Of a DNA stretch of 64,000 nucleotides, positions 48,501-58,712 are shown piece by piece (position 1 is the stretch's first letter; every line of letters begins with the position of its first letter). Made by a program: the position numbers and the translations under genes. Below the pieces are notes generated by a model. It was given only the letters and a program-made list of their open reading frames with translations, was not told the origin of the DNA and made no database searches. The DNA is taken from assembly GCA_052327205.1 (NCBI GenBank), contig CM126226.1, positions 24,428,001 to 24,492,000 on the forward strand. Direction: 5' to 3'. The DNA comes from Somniosus microcephalus. Taxonomy: Eukaryota.

Positions 48501-51500
48501 ACAGAATGTTCTGTTAAATGTATGGTAGAATCGGCAAGATTACCGGTTATTGAGATATATCTATTTTGCTGGTTATTAAAGTATTCCATAGAAACAGGAG
48601 TAGGAGTAGGCCATTTGGCCCCTCGAGTCTGCTCCGCCATTCAATGCGATCATGGCTGATCATCCAAATTCAGTACCCGGTCCCTGCCTTCTCCCCGGAT
48701 TCCGGATGATAAAGTGCCGTTTAAACAAGAGTTTACTGTAATTAGTCATTTGAGGCGGCGCTGGTGCAGCAGCGATGCTCTTCTGAATTTGAGATTTGAT
48801 TTATGTAGAGGGTGCTTTAATCTGCATCTTGCTGTATTGCACCTGACCTAAACATGTGCTGTTACAGAAAATGCCCATTCCGCAGCATGGACTTCTCTCC
48901 GCTTGATGAGCACAGACTTCACATTTACAGAGCAACGTACCACTTCACAAGGGAGCAGCATCTCAGTTTAAAGTTGTGCAATGCCCTATCATCATCATTA
49001 TTATTATTAGACTTCCTGCAGAGTACAATGTTTCTTCCCCTAGATCTCCTGTGTATGCATGTGCAAGATTTCAAGATGCAAATAATTAATATAAAATTAC
49101 AGTAAAAGCTTATTTATACTGCCTTGAACTAATTTTGTTAAAGCTTATTAGACATAGTTTTCTCCAGTGGTTCAGTGCGTGAATGCATTGCAGCGTAGAC
49201 CAGGAAGGTTTGTGATTCAATCTTTTGCCCTGTGCTGAGGTAGCTGATCTCAGTAGTGGTGGTGTTCAGGTCGTTACGGTTGATTTCATTGCTCCTGGGA
49301 AATAACCAGCCAACACCCCCACTCCTGAGCACTGTCCCGTGACCTCTGCTAGAAAGTGATGGTGTGTGGACACTGAATTGGACTTGGCTACGATATTCCC
49401 CACAGGTGAATAGCTCGCCAATACTCACTGTCCAGGCGTGTGCATGAAGAATGGAACCTAAGTTAGGTACCTGAGGATAGCTGATGTCCAGCACTGGTCA
49501 GTGCTTTCAATAGAGGATGGAAACCATGGAGTCAAAAAAATTACCCCCCCCCCCCCCAACCAATTAAAAATAAATACTTTTCTGTGTTTATTGCCAACCC
49601 TCTGGGGTTATAGGGGCCAGGGACTGGCTGTGGTGCCTTATGTTTTCTGTTAGGGAGCTGAGGTGTAGTGTGTTCCTCTCCTGTACAGTGACGCCGGAAT
49701 TATATTGAGCTCTTTTTCTAGTCAGTGAATAATAAGTGGCTGTACTGCAGTATTTCATTCCTGTTCGATAACCTTTCTTCCAGGGGTCAGCCAGATATTG
49801 GCAGCCTGGTTCCGGTAGGCCCGAAGTACACTGTGAAATGGAGCACCCCACTGCCGCAGGTTCAGGTAGTGGAGGTTGGCCAGGAAGGGAAAAGTTACGA
49901 CAAGGATACAATAATCTTTCAGCATCCAGGGAGTAAAAAGACCTCCTCTACCTCTCTATCAAGTAAGTCTGGGTTTGCTGTGGATTTATCAACTGGAAGT
50001 TCCCTTAAGTCTTGTTAATAGACTTGCTAGCAAAATTGAAGCCCGTGGGATTAAAGGGGCAATGGTTTGCGGGTTACAAAATTGGCTAAGGGACAGAAAG
50101 CAGAGAGTTGCGGTGAACGGTTATTTCTGTTGTGATCTGGAATGCACTGCCTGAAAGGACGGTGGAAGCAGATTCAATAATAACTTTAAAAAGGGAATTG
50201 GATAAATACTTGAAATGGAAAAATTTGCAGGGCTATGGGGAGAGAGCAGGGGACTGGGACTAATTGGAGAGCTCTTTCAAAGAGCCGGCACAGGCATGAT
50301 GGGCTGAATGGCTTCCTTCTGTTCTGTATCATTCTGTGATCTAATAATAGCTGTAGCCAGGGTAAAACAGACTTGTACATGCCATCATCAGGCTGTTTAT
50401 GACTCTTTTGTACAGGAAACTTTCGATTTACCGGCACCTAAATAACTGGAAATCTCGGTTAACCGGCAAAATTCAGGAGCAGGTTTTACTTCATATTTTT
50501 TTGCCGCCTTCCATCTGTGTTGTGCAAGGGTGTGGCTGCAGCTGTTGCTAAGCTACAGAGACGCTTGAAACTTGAGGCCATTGTTCTACAGTTGTTGCTA
50601 AGCAACAGGATTTGTTGCTTTATACGGAGCTGTCAGCTCTCCCTATCTTTTACTATAGCGTTCGGTTATCTGGAATTTTTGATGAAGCGGCACCACGTCG
50701 GTCCCGTCCGTGCCGGATAAAAGAAAGTTTCCTGTAGTGGGCGTACTGTTTGACACCTATACCCATTGTAGAGTAGAACAAACCATTAGTATTGAGTTAC
50801 GTTGCTGGGTCTGCATCTCTTCCTGATTATGGAAAGCACAGCTTTGTGTATGATGACAGGAATGGACTCGGCTGTGGCGCCTTGACCCCCTAACAACAGC
50901 CTGTCGACACTTTGTCTCGACTCCGGCATGAAGAATGGCAACTTGGGTAAGGTACCAGAAGGACAGCAGGTACCTTTGGAACCACGTGCCAGCATGAATC
51001 AATGTCTTCGGGAGAAGGGAAACCGCGTATGAGAGCATGTGCTGCACAGGTCTGGCATTCATTGCCTGTTGGTGCATTGGAGTTCTGGCACTCCTGTACG
51101 TTGTCTATAAATGCTTGGTGTTGGTCACTCGTCCTGTATATATTTTCCTTTCCTCCCTCAGGTAAGATTTATATGGGTCCTCCCCGGCTTTACCAGGAGC
51201 TTCAGGAACTACAACAGGATCAGGCTGTTGTGAACCAGATATCACAGCTCATAAGCACACTTCATGGCACTTATCAGGTATGACCCCTGAACTCTGACCT
51301 TCCCCCGAATTTCCAAACCGTTTTCGGCTTTCTTTTCTGTGCAAGATTGGGACATCTTTTTGTTTTGGGTAGAAAAATGGGGCAGAAGCCATTTCTGTTG
51401 GTTTTCCACTCCAAAGGCAGTCTCAACCAGAAGGGCTTCCGCCCCCTGGATATATAGATTGTGTGTGACAACATACCAAGGACCTTGCATGTCAATGTGA

Positions 51501-54500
51501 GATATATTGGAAGTTGTCACAAAATGCATTCATCCTTCAAAATTTAGGCCTCTCTAACCTCCTTCAAGGAAGAAAATATCAGTTGATGGCTTGTAGGTGA
51601 CAAGGCCTACACTTTGCTCTCCTGTACAATGACCTAACTAAGACTTACCCAAATAGCATCAGGGGCGTGCTACCAGAGTGGCCATTGAGGACTGTTGCAG
51701 TCTTAAAGGGGCACTTTTGATGTGTTGACAGGTCAGGAGGGGCTCTGCAATATGCTCCAGCTAGTGCATCCCACATAGTTGTAGTGTACTGTGCCCTGCA
51801 CCATGTAACAAAGGCCTGGTCCCAGCTGCTTTGGAGGCAGAAGCACATAAGATGACCATCACATAAGACGCAGCAGTCACTGATGAGTAAGGGGCACCAG
51901 AGCACAACTGATTACTGAGGTCTTCTCTTTGATTTAACACAGTTACCTTAGTCACCACTGCCTCAATTCCTCCTTCCCCCCACCTTCAAATAAAGAACTA
52001 ATCCTTCAATCCAGTACCCATCACAGTACATCAGACCTCTTTGCCCCTACATGACCATGCCAATAATAATTACCTGATTGAATTAGTCAGTAAGAAATAA
52101 GTGCATCCTTTCCTGTAAGATTCTAACATCCCATGAATAACAAAGCACAACACTGCACATTCTCTGTTAATACAACAAATGCCAAAGTGAACAGAAGTGA
52201 CCTACATTCTTAAGGCTATTCTTAAAGGCTAAGTTTGCCTTTCATTCTCTTATTCTAGTGCTTGTCCCAGGTATAACCTGAGGACCAAAATCACCAGAGG
52301 TGGTTGGCAGCTCTTGTACTGAATAAAGGGTGGCCCTCTTCTCACAGCAGCTTGCTCCTGCGAGGGAGCTCCTGCAAGCTGCTGCATCTCTGTACCTTGT
52401 TCCTGAGCAGCCACCTCCTATGGTCCACTGGTGTGGTTCTCTGAGGGGCAAAGACTGGAGGCCTGGTACGTGCTGCAATCCTGGGAGTCGGCAGTGTCAG
52501 GCAGTTCGACCATTCTGTCAGGCCCTGGATGTGTGTCCCCGCTGATCCACTGGACAGCTGGCCTAATGGTAGCTATCGAAACCTGAAAACCTTGAGAGGC
52601 AGCAGGACTTGAGCACAAAATCTAGGTTGGCAACCCAGTGGAGCACTGTCGGAGGTGCCGTCTTTCGATTGAGATGTTAAACTGAAGTCCCCTCTGCCCC
52701 TGCAGCAGGACCCCTCTGCCTCATGGTGCTACTCAAAGAGCAGGAAGTTCTCCCCAGTGTACTGGCCAATATTTATCACTCAACCAACTTCACTTTTTAA
52801 AAAAAAAAAAAAAAAAACAATGATCTGGTCAATATCTCATTGCTGCTTGTGGGAGCTTGCTATGTGCAAATTGGTTGATGCGTTTCCGACATTACAACAG
52901 TGACTACACTTCAAACAGTAATTCATTAGCTATAAAGTGCTTTGGGACGTCCTGAGGCCTTGAAAGGCGCTATATAAATACAATTCTGTATTTTCTTTCT
53001 TCCTTGCTGTCAGGGTCTGGAACCTGGTACACAGGTACTGCCTAATCTGCCAGCAGAGTTGCAGTCTGTGCTTCCGTGAAGGTGGAAGCCACCAACTGGT
53101 CCTTAGTTGCTGCTTAATTGGGGGTCTGCTGCAGATTCGTGTGAGGCTGCCATTCACTCCATTGAGAACTGCAGCGGAGACAATGCTTCCATGATGTTTA
53201 TATAAAAGAGGGATGTAAACCCTATAGTCACACCTGTCTTGTTGCCACCTATTATAAATCTCATCATCAGGAAACTACTCATGAAATAATGCTGGATGGC
53301 CAGCTGGTGGCGCCGTCCAAGGAGTATAAATACTCGGGCGTGGGCCCCAGCTTGCCAGGGACATTTTGTAAGACAAGGAACTAGTGAAGTACAACTAGAC
53401 CTCCATGTTCTGAAACAAGTTGATTAAAGCCTTGCTTTATACTCAAACCAAGTGCGGAATGAGATTTATTACGTCACCACCCATTGAGTGATGTTATAAA
53501 TTGCTCACTATGGAACTTTTTTCTTTATTGTTGAAAAATCTCAGGCCTAGGCCTGTAGCAGTGCAAGTTTAGCAAGGCTGGGAAAGATGGTGGTGGCTCA
53601 TGGAGGTGGTGTTGTAATTTCCACACTTATGAAGCGGATTCACCAAGTGGATCCAGGCAATTGTTCACTATAGTGAAGGGCTCCTAATAACGAGCCCTTA
53701 TTTAAAATAAAAAAAATTAGGGCTATGACTTAAAGTGAAGCAGAACTGCTTCACCCAAAGAGTAACTGAATCATGGAATAAATGACGAGGAGAGGAAAGG
53801 CCATTGAAGTGGCTGTTTAGCCGAAGGTTCAAGTACTGAGAGAAGTGATTGAGGGATTTGGTGAGGACAGGTAGGCAGGGTTTATCTATGACCAAGGGAA
53901 AAGTTTATTGAGTATAATGGCTCTTTCTCTGCTTGTGTAGCTTTGACTGACATTTTTTCTCAAAATACTGCTGCTGTACATATTTTTCTTTCACAGGATC
54001 TCAATAATAATAATACTAATGCAGTCACACCTAGATGGCTTATTCTGATCTGTCCCATTTCCCAGAATCTAAACCTCATTGTAGCCCAGGATTGGACCAG
54101 AGCTCTCCAGAGATTGATCAGGATTAAAGAGGACGAGATCCAATCAGCAAACAAGTGCCGTCTACGTCTCCTGCTGCCAGGGAAACCAGACAAGTAAGGA
54201 GGGGGAGGGGGGAAGGAGGAGGGGAAGAGCCCAATTAGCAAATTAAAGTGTTATTTGTGAACAAGTCGGCAATAGTGTGCACTGTCCAGCAGAATCATTT
54301 TAAGTTTGATAATTTGAATTCCCCTCAAAATTTCTGTGCTAATGGACTAGTTTAATTAAATTGCCGATTTAAACAAAAAAAAAAAAAAAAGTTTTTAACT
54401 ACATCCTACAGATATGATGCCGCAAAATGTTTTTGACGGGACCAGGTTATGCTGGTGACATTTTTTGTTAGACCGGTTGTTGACCACACTGGCTGCCTGT

Positions 54501-57500
54501 TTGTGAAAGTAGTTAGTGTATCTGTACTCTTGGCTTCGTCCTGTTGGCCTCCTTTTTATTTGGTCAGTCTTCACCTGTCTGATCATGAACATTCTGCTGA
54601 ATGATCCCAGCCAAAAACATTAACTTTACTTTTCCTTTCCGATGCTGACTGACCTACAGTGTATTTGCAGCATTCCCTGTTTTTTGCTTCATATTTCCAG
54701 CATTAGCAGTCTTTTTCCGCTTTCGGTAATATAGGGTTAGTTATTTTTGATGCTGATTAATTTTTTTAATGGAGGGTGGGTTGGTGTGGAGAAAGATCAT
54801 CAAGACTAGCAATGCAAGGTGGGTCTGGATGACTCTGTGCCGTATGGGGTGTGAGCCAGTGGGCAATCTCCTCCTCCTCCTCCTCAGGCAGTCCCTCGGA
54901 ACCGAGAATGACTTGCTTCCACACTGAAAATGAGTTCTCGGGTGACTGATGAATCCAGTGCGGGACCTACAGTCTCTTGTCACAGGGTGGGGCAGACGGT
55001 GGTTGAAGGGGCGGGTGGGTGGGGTGCTTGGGTTGACGTGAGCTCTTTCTGCTGTTTGCGCTGCTTGCGCTTGGCTTCCGGCGAAGAGACTCGAGGTGTT
55101 CGGCACCTTCCCGGATGCTTCTCCTCCACTTTGTGTGGTCTTGGGCCAGGGATTCCCAGGTGTCAGTGGGGATGTTGCATTTTTTTCAAAGAGGCTTTGA
55201 GGGTGTCCTTGAAGCGTTTCCTCTGCCCACCTGGGGCTCTCTTGCCGTGTCGGAGCTCAGAGTAGAGCGCTTGTTTTGGGGCTTGTTAGTGGGCAATGAC
55301 GGAGTAAAGGGACATGGAGGCCTGGTCCCAATAGGATGAGCTGCATTCTTCCCCCCCCCCCCCCCCCCTAAGAAAATGCATGTTCACTCTGTCAAGCGCT
55401 CAGTTGTTAAAGGTGATACATAACTGAACCATGCTGATTAGGATGGTCCTGGTCTGATCTCCGCCAAGCCAGTAGTTGGGGCTGCTACAGTTGGCCTCTG
55501 CTCCCCTGGACTAGGGAGTTGAGAAAATCAACCAGGGTTCTTGCCTCTGATCATGATCAAGTGACTTCTCCTCCCCTGGCTGGAAAGTACACGTGTGATG
55601 GGATTGAACTTTTGGATGTGATGCCCTTCACAGTGGATTAGCCGGCTAACGTACAATTTAGGCTTGCACACGAAGTTAAGCCACTGGGGTAAGGTACGGT
55701 ACCCAAGGCTGCCAGTGCCCGTGGAACTTTATCCCTGAAATAATCAGTATTTCCAAGTGAGTTGGGGGGAAAATTGGCAAAAAAGAAACAGGAAACTATT
55801 AAAGTCTGATCCCACTAGGATGAGCTGTGTTTTTCTAATTAAATACATGTTCAACACCTTGCTTAGCAATGTTTCAATAACACACTGCATGAGCACCAAC
55901 TAAAGCAGATTACATTACTCAGGCCAAGGAACTGCAGCAGGCTCCCAGCTGATGTATTGAAAGTCCTAAATATGTTAATTGACACTTTTTTAAAAAATGT
56001 GATGGGTTAAAGTTTCTTAATAAAAATGTATCTCTGCTGCATTGGGTATTAAATGTCTTATTTAATAACTGATTTGGCAAAAATCTCCATTTCTAAAAGA
56101 TGCAGGTTTCTAAATCTGCTTCCAGAGATGCCGTTCTGCTGGTTTTGAAAAGGCTTAGCTTTTAATCTATAATTTACAGCAGCCTTCAAAAGCTCCTTCC
56201 CTGAGAGAGTCGTACGGAAACGGCTTAATAACAAAAAAAAGCCTCTTGCTTTACTTTTTGAGAGCTGCTTAAGATTTCTGCTGACCAATAAACTAAACTG
56301 TGATTAATTGTCTTTTTTTTCCCCCACCCCCTGCCCCCTCCCCGTCTTTACCCTTTCCTAAAGGTCTGGAAGGCCAGTCAGCTTTATGGTGGTATTTAAC
56401 ACTCCAAACCCTCGCAGTAAAATCTCCTGGGTGAATCGGCTGCATATGGCTAAAGTTGCACTAAGTAGGTAATGGTCTGGTGATGCCTGAAACTTTACCC
56501 CTCCCCACAACCCACTTTCTAACTAGTAAAAGGTTATGTTGTCTGCTTCACACACTCCTGGTTGTGAGTTCAAGTCACTGTTGATGGGCACTTGAATCTG
56601 CCAGTTGTGTACACGCTCGTATATTCTCAAAGTCGAAGGCAGAATGATACTGGAGTGTGCAACTTCTCGATGAACACCTACAGAAATGATATAATCAGCA
56701 GGTGGAAAAGCTTCGATACACCTTAGTTTTGACTTGGTAATCCATCCATGCTTTAAAAGATGACCAGATACGCGCAAGGTAAATGAGCTCCATTGCCTGA
56801 ACCTCAGATTATTGACTTTTGCCAAGTCCAGACCTCAGTGGGGCAGGATAGGGAGTGGAATCATGGCTTGCGTTCTAATTGCACCTTAGATGGAAGATCA
56901 TTGAAAATTCTAATAATGCTACCATAAATAATGGGGCGAAAAATAGACTTTTATATTTTAAAAAAATCTGAGTTTTGGCACTCTGTTTACATTTAATAAC
57001 CTGCTCAAAACGGTTGACTGCAGCACTAATGAGTGGCAACCTTACTCTTGGCGTAAAACTTATACCAACTTGAGCTGAAGTAAGTGGAGTACTTTGAAGC
57101 AGAAATTTTCCACTTCAGTGGAAGGAAAAAAGGATACAAATGGATGTAACTCCCATTTACTCTTTACTAGCAGATGGTGAAGTGATCCCTAAGTGTTTTT
57201 CTCCCCCTACTTTCACAGTATCTTGTTGAACAATTACAGCATGTTCTGAATCATCCTGAAACGATGAACATCTCCAGCTGAGCAGTGTGTGCGTTCTGAT
57301 ACCGAATAATTGCAACATCTGACAGGATTCACTTCATAAATTTGATCTGTCAGCTTGTTATCGAGATTAATTAGCCGCGCTATTAAGGTGTGTAGGTGTC
57401 TTTTCGTATCGAGGGCACTTAATTAAAAGAACATTAGCAAAATGATACCCAGCAATTCATTGCACAGAATGGATTATAATGGTTTCTGGCCTACGTGGGC

Positions 57501-58674
57501 CGCAAAATAGTCCCGTAACCACTCTTAAATTGAAAGGATAGTCACATAATGGATGAATGGGAATATGGTGGAGTTATTTAGTGCAGACCCTCTTTAATTA
57601 CAGGACCTTGTAATCATCATTTAAAGGATCAGTTCTCTTGAAGGTTGCTATAGTAAATGCATTCCCCAGTGTAACACAGGCATGCAAACCAGGAATGTGC
57701 CGGCTTTGATCTCCCATCAGACGCTAAATGAGGTGATCTCGGCTTAACATAGAAACATAGAAGATAGGAGTAGGCCATTCGGCCCTTCGAGCCTGCTCCG
57801 TCATTCAGTGAGATCATGGCTGATCATCCAATTTCAGTTCCCTGTCCCTGCCTTCTCCCCATATCTCTTGATCCTTTTAGCCTCAAGAAATGTATCCAAC
57901 TCTTTCTTGAATATATTTAATGAACTGGCCTCCACCGCCCTCTGTGGCAGAGAATTCCACAGGTTCACCACTCTCTGGGTGAAGAAATTCCTCCTCATTT
58001 CAGTCCTAAATGGCTTACCCCTTATCCTTAGACTATGACCCCTGGTTCTGGACTCCCCGGCCATCAGAAACATCCTTCCTGCATCTAGTCTGTCCAGACC
58101 TGACAGAATTTTATAGGTTTCGATGAGATCCCCTCTCAATCTTCTAAACTCCAGTGAGTATAAGCCCAATCGACACAATCTCTCCTCATATGTCATTCCT
58201 GCCATCCCAGGTATCAGCCTGGTGAATCTTCGCTGCACTCCCTCCATGGCAAGAACGTCCTTCCTCAGGTAAGGTGACCAAAACTGCACACAGTACTCAA
58301 GGTGCGGTCTCACCAAGGCCCTGTACAACTGTAGCAAGACATCCTTGTTCCTGTACTCAAACCCTCTTGCTACGAAGGCCAACATACCATTTGCCTTCTT
58401 AACCGCCTGCTGCACCTGCATGCTTACCTTCAGGCTTGGGGCAGCAATAGGGGTGTCGCAACTGGAGTTGCAACATGCAGCTGGGAATGTCGGGTGGTGG
58501 CTGGATTGAGCTCCACTGTGATGTGCCCATGGGTGAGAAGCTTTGTGACATGGTTAAGGCTCGCGCACAATGAATGGCCACATGAACAAGGTACCAGAGG
58601 GTGACCAGAAGCTGTACAACCGTACCCCAAAACAAGTCAGTCACTTTAGGAGAAGAGGCGAGAGGAAACTGTAG

Positions 58675-58712
<38 letters not shown>

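Noticed and set aside
47610-49783. Micro-exon equivalent to the short PANHR insert I recall in human ARHGEF10L
   Set aside because: No convincing candidate. The segment from 47686 ending at gtaagt (about 47816) has the wrong phase, and tgcag|ACCCAG|gtacct near 47940 lacks a pyrimidine tract. The flanking exons join in frame without it.
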